Positions 40,976-50,167 of a stretch of DNA of 64,000 nt are shown piece by piece. Where the stretch lies: the NCBI GenBank assembly GCA_977020255.1, contig CDROCS010002027.1, forward strand, positions 124,001 through 188,000. The letters are read 5' to 3'. This stretch comes from Obrimoposthia wandeli (taxonomy: Eukaryota). The notes under the pieces are model-generated. The model saw nothing but the letters and a program-made list of their open reading frames with translations. It did not search any database and was not told the DNA's origin. The position numbers and the translations under genes are program-made. Each line of letters begins with the position of its first letter. Within the stretch, counting starts at the first letter, position 1.

Positions 40976-41121
40976 CTCTACACATAATACTGTTTAATAT
41001 TTAGAACATTTGCATACTCATGGCGCTCAGTATTAGTGCAAAGGTCTCATTTGTTCTCTATATAATATCACTGCGCTGCAGCGGATTTTAATTAACAGCG
41101 CAGTATTACATTACTTACTAT

Positions 41122-41273
41122 CATTGCTGTCCGGTTAAAAAATGTAAGCCCTCTAACTCATTGGTTTGTCGTTTTCTAACATAGTTAATTGGATTATTTC
41201 AGCCAAATAACACTTATAGTTAGCGTAAAATCAATGAGTGATAGAACAACAAAAACTAAACCGGACACTAATG
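41122..41273 (+). mobile_element. MITE family 1, intact copy with 9-bp target duplication
   Basis: Terminal inverted repeats CATTGCTGTCCGGTT / AACCGGACACTAATG (13 of 15 match); flanked by ACTTACTAT at 41113-41121 and 41274-41282. Confidence 0.92.
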
Positions 41274-41282
41274 ACTTACTAT

Positions 41283-42131
41283 TTAAGACTCAACCAAGCC
41301 AATTTCAATGGCATAGGAAGTATATTTTCGTAAATTAATAACGCCGGTATCTAAAATCAAATATTGCCCTTTAATGCCTTTTAAAACACCGCTAATCTCG
41401 CTGGTTTTATCTAAATTGTGCGAGGTTATTTTTGTCGGGTATTCTAAAACAGGATAATTCAATGACAAAACTTGCGCATCTATAATAGGTTGAATACTTT
41501 GAATGCCGTGTTGCGTTGTTAGTTGCGCTATTTGATCTGCACACTTTGCTAATAACTCGTCACGAACTTCAAGTAAATCTAGCTGTTCTACTTCACCTTT
41601 TAGCATTTTACGCCAATTGGTTTTATCACTAACATGCTCAGCGATTACTTTTTCAATTAAGCCTGACTGCTGACGCGTTTTCACATTAAAAATAGGCAGC
41701 GCCGCAACGGCTCCTTGATCCATCCATCTGGTGGGCACTTGTGTGGCTCTAGTAATACCTACTTTAATACCGGATGAGTTAGCTAGGTATACGATGTGCT
41801 CATTAAAACACACACTTTTCCCCCATTCCTCATCACGACAAGTACCTAAATGGAAATGGCATCTATCAGGGCTCATCATACAAAGATCGCACTGAGGTAA
41901 TTTTTTAAAACAGGGAAAGCAATATCCTTGGCTAAAACTTTTCTTAGTTAATTTACCACAGTGACTGCAGTGGATCTCGCCTAGGTTTTTTAAATAGATC
42001 TCTTTACCCAATAATTCATTCATCAACAATGGCTGATCATCTAATTCTAAGTAATAGCTAATATCACTTTTTAGCTGCGTACGCATCTTTTGCATACTGC
42101 CAGTTCTTAGTATTGTCATTTTTTTACTCAA
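41283..42131 (-). CDS. DUF2797 family protein
   Basis: CSHCG…TKKSFSQGYCFPC, HIVYLANSSGIKVGITR, RWMDQGA, GIKGQYLI. Confidence 0.85.
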   Translation of the reverse strand: MSKKMTILRTGSMQKMRTQLKSDISYYLELDDQPLLMNELLGKEIYLKNLGEIHCSHCGKLTKKSFSQGYCFPCFKKLPQCDLCMMSPDRCHFHLGTCRDEEWGKSVCFNEHIVYLANSSGIKVGITRATQVPTRWMDQGAVAALPIFNVKTRQQSGLIEKVIAEHVSDKTNWRKMLKGEVEQLDLLEVRDELLAKCADQIAQLTTQHGIQSIQPIIDAQVLSLNYPVLEYPTKITSHNLDKTSEISGVLKGIKGQYLILDTGVINLRKYTSYAIEIGLVES

Positions 42132-42328
42132 TCTCTTATTTTTTATAAGTGCTTATCTTGTGTATTATTGGCCTTGCTTTTATGAGCATTTAGCATAACT
42201 TTCTCAGTAAGCATCTTAAATAAGTACATTCAGTAAGCACTAACAACTATACTGTCGTTTATTATAAAATTTTATATTGCGTTAAAATTACTGTTTTTGC
42301 ACATCATCAGCACGAAAGCACAAGGTAC

Positions 42329-42580
42329 TCAGTGTAGTTTAATCACTTGCTCTAAAGGATCACTACCTTTGATTGACCCATCCGCTTTAGTTCTATCTAT
42401 AAAACCGGTACGTTGCTCTTGGGGCAGTTTTTGATCGTAAGCTATGATTGCACGCATACAAATATCTAATTGATCGGCTGTCATTTTCTTGCCATCTGGC
42501 CACTTCCCCAATTCAATCGCTGTTTTAATTGAACTGTGCATTTGCGGCGTCATTTTGTGTATCAATTCTTCGTAATTCAT
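42329..42580 (-). CDS. yeaC: YeaC/DUF1315 family protein
   Basis: AIELGKWPDGKKMTADQ…CMRAIIAY. Confidence 0.85.
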   Translation of the reverse strand: MNYEELIHKMTPQMHSSIKTAIELGKWPDGKKMTADQLDICMRAIIAYDQKLPQEQRTGFIDRTKADGSIKGSDPLEQVIKLH

Positions 42581-42707
42581 AACTAACTCTGTTTTTTTTG
42601 TTCAAAAATTTAATATCTCAGGCAATATCAAAACCTAAAAGTTTGGATTTAAGCACTATCTTTAAAAATCAGATTTAGTACTGTGTCATCCTAAACCTAA
42701 GGATCTG

Positions 42708-43592
42708 CTAGCCACTTTTTCTAAATAGCTTCCCTTGTAGAATCAAAGCACTTGGCACTGCCAATAGTCCGCATAACAGGCCAACTAAATGCGCCGTATT
42801 AGCAATTTTACCCAGCCCTAGAACATCTAATATTTCGCTATAACCTAATATTAACCAAACGATCATAAACCCAAAAAGAGCATTCGATACTACCGAAAAT
42901 TTATTTGTGGATAATTTATCCCATAGCCATGCATAGGTAATTACAGCATAAACCACTCCGGATAAGCCGCCAAAAACAGGCCCTGTTTCATAGTATTGAG
43001 CAACATTGGAGGCAATACCTGAAAATAATGAGATTAACAATAAATGAAAACTACCTTGGCGCTGTTCAATAACACTGCCAACAATCCATATCCATAAACT
43101 ATTAAATATAATGTGTGGAGCGTTAAAATGAATGAAAATTGGGCTGATAAACCGCCATAACTGCCATGACTCAAAATTCTGGCTTAAAGAGTAGTAATTA
43201 ATACTGTTTGAATTAACTTTAAAATCGGTAATTGTGAATACACTTAATGTCGTAAAATCACTGCCAAATTGAGTGATAAAGCTCAGTAAAATACTGATGA
43301 GTAATAAACTCAGCACTACAGGAATTTTCTTTAAATTAACCGAACCACGTCGTTTTAGAAATTGCCGTTGCAGAGATGATCGTTGTAATTGCGCATCAAG
43401 GTTCTCAGGGAATGAACCTTGCTGCTGCCAGTGCTCAAAGAGTTCCAATACAACAGCGGCATTGGAGTGATCTTCAACCAGTAATAATTGGCGATTATCA
43501 AACACGACACGGTGTACTATTTTGAGCTTCCACAAGTGCTGCGTAAATTCGGTTAAATCTTCATCTAAGGCGGTACTGAACACTTCGATCAT
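42708..43592 (-). CDS. Rhomboid intramembrane serine protease (GlpG-like)
   Basis: WRFISPIFIHF, HIIFN, FGGLSGVVY (catalytic Ser), NTAHLVG. Confidence 0.9.
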   Translation of the reverse strand: MIEVFSTALDEDLTEFTQHLWKLKIVHRVVFDNRQLLLVEDHSNAAVVLELFEHWQQQGSFPENLDAQLQRSSLQRQFLKRRGSVNLKKIPVVLSLLLISILLSFITQFGSDFTTLSVFTITDFKVNSNSINYYSLSQNFESWQLWRFISPIFIHFNAPHIIFNSLWIWIVGSVIEQRQGSFHLLLISLFSGIASNVAQYYETGPVFGGLSGVVYAVITYAWLWDKLSTNKFSVVSNALFGFMIVWLILGYSEILDVLGLGKIANTAHLVGLLCGLLAVPSALILQGKLFRKSG

Positions 43593-43636
43593 TTTCGAAA
43601 TCCGTTAATACCCTATAAAGGAGTAATTAGCATAGG

Positions 43637-44602
43637 TTAAACTTCGGTACGAACATTAACACTAACAAATTTATCAGCTTGTAAGTTTTCTTCAAAATCA
43701 TAACGATAAGCTACAAGTTGGCCAAATTTCACTGCGCTATAATCTAAACAAGCAATATTTTTGGTCAAAGGTGCAGGTGTGCCTTCGCACCAATAGTGCC
43801 CAATAAATAAGTTTTTCTCTTCAGGGCCATAATAATAGAGATGTTGTAACTCTTTTTGCGAAAGGACTCTGTGTAGCATATTGCTCGGCAGAGGGTCTGG
43901 CTGAAAAACCACTTCGCCGTATAATTCTGGATTTTTCATCCAAAATTTAGTTCTAAAAAATTGCCTTACATATCCATCTCTACAGGTCATGGTTTCATTA
44001 TTTGGCAATTTTATTTGAGTACCTCGCAGCAATCTATCCATTACCGTCCATTCATAAGTGTCGCGCACCGCTGAATGATATAAAAATGAAGGGTCAATAA
44101 TGTTCGAGCTTCTTTCAGCTAGCACTTGAGCTATGATTTCTTTATGCCAGCAAGCGTGAACCACTCTGAATGTATCAAACTCTAAGAACACGGGTAAATC
44201 CATCATCCACTGATAAAAATCTTTTTGATCCTGTGGATGATTCGCCAACTGGTTGATCGTTTCCTGTAAAATGCGCTGATGCCTTGAAGTATGCTCACGC
44301 AGAAAAGGCATATGTACCAATTCACCAGAAGTGCTATAACTTAAATAGTTATATTCATGATTACCCATCACTATGTGTGCGTTACCTGCATCAACCATAT
44401 CACGTACTAAGTGCAATGCTTCACGAATACGCGGGCCGCGATCAATGATATCGCCTAAAAAAACTACTTTTCTTTTTGGATGAAAATAAACACCATTGCG
44501 CTTTGAATAACCCAGTCTTACCAGTAACAGCTTTAAAGCTAGAGCGCAGCCGTGCACATCGCCAATGATATCGTAACCTAATGCATCACATTGCTTAATC
44601 AT
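43637..44602 (-). CDS. Calcineurin-like metallophosphoesterase
   Basis: GDVHG, GDIIDRG, GNHE, VVHACW, FIGHYW, CLDYS. Confidence 0.88.
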   Translation of the reverse strand: MIKQCDALGYDIIGDVHGCALALKLLLVRLGYSKRNGVYFHPKRKVVFLGDIIDRGPRIREALHLVRDMVDAGNAHIVMGNHEYNYLSYSTSGELVHMPFLREHTSRHQRILQETINQLANHPQDQKDFYQWMMDLPVFLEFDTFRVVHACWHKEIIAQVLAERSSNIIDPSFLYHSAVRDTYEWTVMDRLLRGTQIKLPNNETMTCRDGYVRQFFRTKFWMKNPELYGEVVFQPDPLPSNMLHRVLSQKELQHLYYYGPEEKNLFIGHYWCEGTPAPLTKNIACLDYSAVKFGQLVAYRYDFEENLQADKFVSVNVRTEV

Positions 44603-44604
44603 AG

Positions 44605-45501
44605 TTATAAACTCAAATTCCTAGCAGTGAGACCTGCACTCCAGCCTAATTTTTCGCGACAAGTACGATAGAAATTGTAACTCTCTGGGTGGATTAACTT
44701 TAGTTTATGGATGTGTTTACTAATATGGATAACATCCCCTGGTGCTAAGTTGATACTCACTTGGCCATCACACGACACGATAGGGTATGTTTCATTTTCT
44801 TCACTAATAATTAAACGCAACTCGCTGTTACCATCTACCACGATAGGCCTGGATGATAATGTGTGCGGAAACATAGGAACTAACACAATAGCATCTAATT
44901 TAGGATGCATTATGGGCCCCCCTCCAGAGAGTGAGTATGCTGTAGAGCCCGTAGGTGTTGCCACAATAAGCCCATCTGATCTTTGGGTGTATACGTAATT
45001 ACCCTCTACAAAAAGATCGAATTCAATCATTTTTGTCGCTTTACCAGGGTGGAGAACCATATCGTTTAAAGCTTCTGCTTCACCAATAATGGTATCATCT
45101 CTCTTTACAATAATTTTTAGTAGAAAGCGTTCTTCTTCGGTATATTTCCCAGCCAGTATTTCACTAAACTTCGTTTCAAATTCATTTGGTGATATATCGG
45201 TTAAAAAACCTAGCTGACCGCGGTTAACCCCTAATACTGGCACATCGCATCTAGCGAGTGCACGAGCTGCGCCTAACAAACTGCCATCACCGCCCACTAC
45301 AATAACTAGGTCACACAAATCACCCATAGCTTTTTGTTTACAAGTTGCTAGATCGTGGCCTGGCATTAACTCACCAATGCGCTGATCTAAAAAGATAGTA
45401 TAATCTTGAGTCGATAAATAGCTGATCATCTTTTTAATGCTATCTACCACCTTTTTACTACCTAACCTACCTATCAAGCCAATGTTACGAAATTTAGTCA
45501 T
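44605..45501 (-). CDS. nadK: NAD kinase; start likely ATG 45501
   Basis: GGDGSLL, GVNRGQLGFL, ALND, DGLIVATPTGSTAYSLSGGGP. Confidence 0.95.
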   Translation of the reverse strand: MTKFRNIGLIGRLGSKKVVDSIKKMISYLSTQDYTIFLDQRIGELMPGHDLATCKQKAMGDLCDLVIVVGGDGSLLGAARALARCDVPVLGVNRGQLGFLTDISPNEFETKFSEILAGKYTEEERFLLKIIVKRDDTIIGEAEALNDMVLHPGKATKMIEFDLFVEGNYVYTQRSDGLIVATPTGSTAYSLSGGGPIMHPKLDAIVLVPMFPHTLSSRPIVVDGNSELRLIISEENETYPIVSCDGQVSINLAPGDVIHISKHIHKLKLIHPESYNFYRTCREKLGWSAGLTARNLSL

Positions 45502-45699
45502 CAATAAAACACCAAGGTTAATCAATAGAGCCAAGATTATAGAGCAAAATATTCAGCGCAGCTAGCAGGCACCAGTAACAATTCAACAAGTTTTAAATTA
45601 GCTATGTCAGCGATTTATATTGAATTTTATAAGATAACAGGAATGTACTGCCAAATGAGAATGTTCAAACAATCTGAATGTGGTTGTTGATAGATCAAA

Positions 45700-46629
45700 T
45701 CAAACAGAAAAGCTTCTACGCCCTTGTAAACCACCAGAGTGTAAAAGTGCAATTTGGCTACCCGCTTCAAAATAATCTTGCGCCACTAACTCATCAAACC
45801 GACGCCACATTTTAGCAGTGTAGATAGGCTCTAACGGTACTTTATGTAAGCTTTCGAGCGCTAGCATGGCCGCTAGATGTTGCTGCTTAACTTTACCGTA
45901 GCCACCGTAATGCCCTTCAAGGTCCAGCCGCCATTGGCCATACTCTTTATGAGCTAAATTAGAAGTATTTTCAAATACGTATTCTGACAGTAAAGCTTGT
46001 ATATCTTGTTGTAAGAAACCAGCGCCTTTTAACACAGGGATACCCAGTATCGTTCGAGTACTGCGCGCACCTGAAATCAAGCCAGCCAAAGTTCCACCAG
46101 TGCCGCAAGCCGCAACTAAATAATCTAACGCTGGTAATTGCTGCTCTATCATTGCCATTAGCTCATTAACACCTTGCAGCGCTAATTGATTAGTTCCTCC
46201 CTCGGGAATAACCATGCTTTGAGGATACTCAATCGCTATTTTTCGTAAGAATTCTGCTGTGGATTTTTCTCGATACTGTTCACGAGTTAGGCTTTTTAGC
46301 TGCATACCCCAAGCTTGGGCATCATTTAAGGTAGGGTTATCTGCCGTCCACTGGCCACGTATATAACCAACAACAGGGAGCTGCAAGGCTTTTGCTGCAT
46401 AGGCAAGTGCGTGAATATGATTTGAATAAGCGCCGCCAAAACTAATTATCGTTTTGATTTGCTGCTGTTTTGCTGCAAGTAAGGCGTATTTAAGCTTGAA
46501 CCATTTATTACCACTAACGTTCAGATGTGCTTGATCCGAACGAATCAAATGTACTGTCAGCTTTTTCTCACGGTATAAATCACAATCGAGGGTTTGGCAT
46601 TTTAAATTGATAGCCTGTCGAAAATCCAT
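45700..46629 (-). CDS. PLP enzyme of the ACC deaminase/D-cysteine desulfhydrase family; start likely ATG 46629
   Basis: SGNKWFKL, SFGGAYSNH, IPEGG, ACGTGGTLAG, LEPIYTAK, LHSGGLQG. Confidence 0.88.
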   Translation of the reverse strand: MDFRQAINLKCQTLDCDLYREKKLTVHLIRSDQAHLNVSGNKWFKLKYALLAAKQQQIKTIISFGGAYSNHIHALAYAAKALQLPVVGYIRGQWTADNPTLNDAQAWGMQLKSLTREQYREKSTAEFLRKIAIEYPQSMVIPEGGTNQLALQGVNELMAMIEQQLPALDYLVAACGTGGTLAGLISGARSTRTILGIPVLKGAGFLQQDIQALLSEYVFENTSNLAHKEYGQWRLDLEGHYGGYGKVKQQHLAAMLALESLHKVPLEPIYTAKMWRRFDELVAQDYFEAGSQIALLHSGGLQGRRSFSV

Positions 46630-46692
46630 ACAGTTAATCCAATTGAATTGTTGTATTTGACAGTAGAGGAAATAATGAAGGTAATTGAATAG

Positions 46693-46768
46693 TGGTGGGA
46701 GTGGAGAGGTTCGAACTCCCGACATTCGCCTTGTAAGGGCGACGCTCTCCCAGCTGAGCTACACTCCC
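46693..46768 (-). tRNA. tRNA-Val(TAC)
   Basis: Begins GGGAGTGTAGCTCAGCTGGGAGAGC; anticodon arm TCGCC-CTTACAA-GGCGA; ends CCA. Confidence 0.96.
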
Positions 46769-46869
46769 ACTATATTGACTCATAATTTATTACACCGAGT
46801 ACCTTTGGTGCAATATCTTGCTGCTTTCTTCGTTCTTATTGCTTTTAAATAAATAAAAGTATAAGAAAG

Positions 46870-46946
46870 TGGCGGAATGGACGGGACTCGAACCCGCGAC
46901 CCCCTGCGTGACAGGCAGGTATTCTAACCAACTGAACTACCACTCC
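46870..46946 (-). tRNA. tRNA-Asp(GTC)
   Basis: Begins GGAGTGGTAGTTCAGTTGGTTAGAATA; anticodon arm CCTGC-CTGTCAC-GCAGG; ends CCA. Confidence 0.97.
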
Positions 46947-47006
46947 ACATGGTATTAAATCTATTCTTTGTATCTGTCACGTTACACGCTATTAACGCTT
47001 ATATAG

Positions 47007-47082
47007 TGGTGGGAGTGGAGAGGTTCGAACTCCCGACATTCGCCTTGTAAGGGCGACGCTCTCCCAGCTGAGCTACACTCCC
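47007..47082 (-). tRNA. tRNA-Val(TAC)
   Basis: Identical to 46693-46768. Confidence 0.96.
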
Positions 47083-47168
47083 GCTATATCGACTCTTAAT
47101 TTATTACACCGAGTACCTTTGATGCAATATCTTTCTCATTTCTTTTACATAAATAAAAGTATAGAAAG

Positions 47169-47245
47169 TGGCGGAATGGACGGGACTCGAACCCGCGACC
47201 CCCTGCGTGACAGGCAGGTATTCTAACCAACTGAACTACCACTCC
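47169..47245 (-). tRNA. tRNA-Asp(GTC)
   Basis: Identical to 46870-46946. Confidence 0.97.
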
Positions 47246-47299
47246 ACATGGTATTTTTCTCAATTTTTCTAAATCTTCACACTATTAACGCTTATACAG

Positions 47300-47375
47300 T
47301 GGTGGGAGTGGAGAGGTTCGAACTCCCGACATTCGCCTTGTAAGGGCGACGCTCTCCCAGCTGAGCTACACTCCC
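47300..47375 (-). tRNA. tRNA-Val(TAC)
   Basis: Identical copy. Confidence 0.96.
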
Positions 47376-47459
47376 ACTGTAATTGACTCGTAACTTATTA
47401 CACCGAGTACCTTTGATGCAATATCTTTCTCATTTATCATAAATAGACATATAAGAAAG

Positions 47460-47536
47460 TGGCGGAATGGACGGGACTCGAACCCGCGACCCCCTGCGTG
47501 ACAGGCAGGTATTCTAACCAACTGAACTACCACTCC
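47460..47536 (-). tRNA. tRNA-Asp(GTC)
   Basis: Identical copy. Confidence 0.97.
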
Positions 47537-47589
47537 ACATGGTGTTTTCTAAATCTTTCTAAATCTTCACGCTGTTAACGCTTATACAG

Positions 47590-47665
47590 TGGTGGGAGTG
47601 GAGAGGTTCGAACTCCCGACATTCGCCTTGTAAGGGCGACGCTCTCCCAGCTGAGCTACACTCCC
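47590..47665 (-). tRNA. tRNA-Val(TAC)
   Basis: Identical copy. Confidence 0.96.
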
Positions 47666-47757
47666 GCTGTACTGTTTTACTCTTTTCATCATATTAAACT
47701 TAATAATATGATGTTTTACCTCACCATTTTTAATAGTTCTAAGAACTTTTATAATAG

Positions 47758-47834
47758 TGGCGGAATGGACGGGACTCGAACCCGCGACCCCCTGCGTGAC
47801 AGGCAGGTATTCTAACCAACTGAACTACCACTCC
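47758..47834 (-). tRNA. tRNA-Asp(GTC)
   Basis: Identical copy; first gene of the operon. Confidence 0.97.
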
Positions 47835-47994
47835 ACATGGTAAATTTTAAAAACAAATGAGATTAAGCTCTAACTAATTAATGTTGGTATCAACAATAAA
47901 TCACTCATACTTTCATCTTTTAGCATTATTTTTAAAACTCTCTGTTTAAAGTAAGTTAATCACTTGGATAACTTCGCCTCAAACCGAGGTGCGA

Positions 47995-48022
47995 ATTCTA
48001 GTTAATTTCGCTGTGATGTCAA
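47995..48022 (-). promoter_or_regulatory. Sigma70 promoter of the (Asp-Val)x4 tRNA operon
   Basis: Minus strand TTGACA-16 nt-TAGAAT, followed by TCGCACC. Confidence 0.8.
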
Positions 48023-48438
48023 ACCATTATCGCATCTTTTTTTATTTAATTTGTTTTTTGCTCGTTTTTTATACTTTATCGGTTAATTTGCAAACAAATC
48101 TGCCAATATCATCTGCTACTAACAATTCAAAGCAACTTTGCTAAATCATCACTTTTCACTTCAACGAACTAAATTAGCAAACAATATTTAAAATAATAAC
48201 CATTCAAACCAAAATTAAAGTATATTTTCTATTTACCTATCCTACGATACCCTATTCCAACAAAACGATAGTGAACTTAAAGTTGACTTGAAGATAGATA
48301 ATAATTTTTTAAACACTAGCCCTGCAAGTTAGTGATATTAAAACCAACATCGCAAAGCAATAACAAGCTGTTTTAACTCTTGATCAAAACTATTTGATCT
48401 AAGCAATTCAATCAAGGCAACTCGACAAATAAAATCAT

Positions 48439-49023
48439 ATGAATCAAATTAATACTGCACCTCTTTGCCCTATTACCAACACCGCACTCGATCAATTTAT
48501 TAGTCGCTGGTATGAGTATCACCACAATGTAAATAGTGATTTACTGATCACTCAATACGATAACCAATGGCCATCACTGTGCTATATAGATAGTAGCGCC
48601 TTGACGGACGGCGACGCATGTCAATGGGAGCCAGTACAACAATGCGCACAGGACATGTTTATCAGACTTGGCGAAGCATTAGAAATTGACATTCACCCCT
48701 CTATTAGCGCCTTTTATTCTAGGTATTGGTCAAATCATTTGAGCGCCTACTGCACTGAAGGGGAATTAGAGTTATTGCAAGCATGGAACCAAGAAGATAT
48801 GGAACGCCTTCGCAGCAACTTGCTCGGCCATGCTCTTGATAAAAAAAAGCGCAAGCAAACATTGTCATTTTTCTTTGCTATTACCTCGCCTGACGACGGC
48901 ATGCTCTGCGTTAACAACCATAATGGTGAGGTATGGTATGAAATTCCGGGTAAAAAACCGATTCGTAAAATAGCAGACTCTTTAGCGCAATTCATTGATC
49001 ATTTAACAGTTACACCCACTTAA
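48439..49023 (+). CDS. syd: SecY-interacting protein Syd
   Basis: WPSLCY, WEPV, IHPSISAFYSRYWS, LLQAWNQEDMERLRSNLLGH, GEVWYEIPG…IADSLAQF. Confidence 0.85.
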   Translation: MNQINTAPLCPITNTALDQFISRWYEYHHNVNSDLLITQYDNQWPSLCYIDSSALTDGDACQWEPVQQCAQDMFIRLGEALEIDIHPSISAFYSRYWSNHLSAYCTEGELELLQAWNQEDMERLRSNLLGHALDKKKRKQTLSFFFAITSPDDGMLCVNNHNGEVWYEIPGKKPIRKIADSLAQFIDHLTVTPT

Positions 49024-49046
49024 CTACAATCCACACTATTGCCTAC

Positions 49047-49066
49047 AACCCTCAAAATTGAGGGTT
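49047..49066. terminator. Hairpin between convergent syd and glycosylase genes
   Basis: AACCCTCA-AAAT-TGAGGGTT. Confidence 0.55.
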
Positions 49067-49099
49067 CATTAATATCACTCTTTTTATGCACTATAACCG

Positions 49100-49774
49100 T
49101 CACGATGACCAACCTACAGTAAATGCGAGCATCCTACTAATATGGCTATAAGGAGCTCCAGATTGTTCATGCCACTGATTAAAGGCTTGTTGTGTGGTTA
49201 ACAAGTCTCTTTTGGAATTAGGCTTTTTGTCGACAATCCCCTGTGCTTTTAAAGCAGCAACGACATCATCGGTCAGTATAAATGTATCTTTACCCACTAA
49301 GCGCAAAAAAGAACCTGCTGAATTACCACCTAAATGAGCACCATTTTTTTTCAACTCTGCCCACAAACCTACTATGTCATCACTTGGCCAATTAGCAATA
49401 AAGTTTGCAAAGCTACCGTATTTCTCTTGGTACTCGGTAACCATAAATGCATTCAAACGCGTTGCTTTAATTTTCCCCCAATGCCTAATAATTTTATCAT
49501 TTTGCATTAAATTTTCTAATTGATCATCACTCATCAAAGCGACTTTGTGCGGCTCAAAATCAAAAAAGGCTTTCTCAAACTCGGGCCATTTAGCATCGAC
49601 CACTGAATGTCGTATACCTGCACGAAACACCCGGCGTGATAAGTTCGACAACAAGTAGCTATCACTTAATTCAGCCAACTGAGACTGCGTCCTCACTAGG
49701 TCATATCTTGACTGCAGCTTTTCAACCCCAACCCTGGCAATTACATGCTCAGACATCCATTGGTAGCTTTTCAT
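49100..49774 (-). CDS. DNA-3-methyladenine glycosylase I family protein
   Basis: VFRAGIRHSVVDAKWPEFEKAFFDF, IIRHWGKI, LKKNGAHLGG, FLRLVGKD. Confidence 0.8.
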   Translation of the reverse strand: MKSYQWMSEHVIARVGVEKLQSRYDLVRTQSQLAELSDSYLLSNLSRRVFRAGIRHSVVDAKWPEFEKAFFDFEPHKVALMSDDQLENLMQNDKIIRHWGKIKATRLNAFMVTEYQEKYGSFANFIANWPSDDIVGLWAELKKNGAHLGGNSAGSFLRLVGKDTFILTDDVVAALKAQGIVDKKPNSKRDLLTTQQAFNQWHEQSGAPYSHISRMLAFTVGWSS

Positions 49775-50167
49775 TCATACCTCTTTATATTTTCAACTAG
49801 CTCAATATAGCAACTATCAAAATTCACTAAAGCTTTTTTAATGTTTTGCTTCAAATAACCCATTACGACGCGACAGGCAAACGAGAATTGAGTGAAAACT
49901 CAGCATCAATCTATTAATTTACTTTTTATGTCAAATAACAGTTACAGCTAGACATACAAACAACACCAACAGAAAATACTATTATTTAAGTATTTTTAAT
50001 CGTATTTTATTGTTATATTAACTTTAACAACTTTTTATCCTGTTAAAATTTATATATCCATATTTTTCACTGTATACCTTGCTAGTTCACTTCTATAACA
50101 TGCCAAAAATTAGCAGCAACTGCTGCTCTAAATCTTTGCTATTTATATAATTTAAACGGAACCCATC

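Noticed and set aside
42204-42239. Direct repeat TCAGTAAGCA twice upstream of the DUF2797 gene
   Set aside because: Only 10 bp in AT-rich sequence, with no supporting context.
46630-46725. N-terminal extension of ORF 45700..46725
   Set aside because: Overlaps tRNA-Val 46693-46768; the family-like sequence begins near ATG 46629.
46693-47834. Second periodic repeat array
   Set aside because: Alternating tRNA-Asp and tRNA-Val genes, not CRISPR.
49860-49915. GGCAAAC followed by a GAAA-loop hairpin upstream of alaA as a c-di-GMP-I riboswitch
   Set aside because: The downstream GGGACGCAAA-type junction and second stem are missing.
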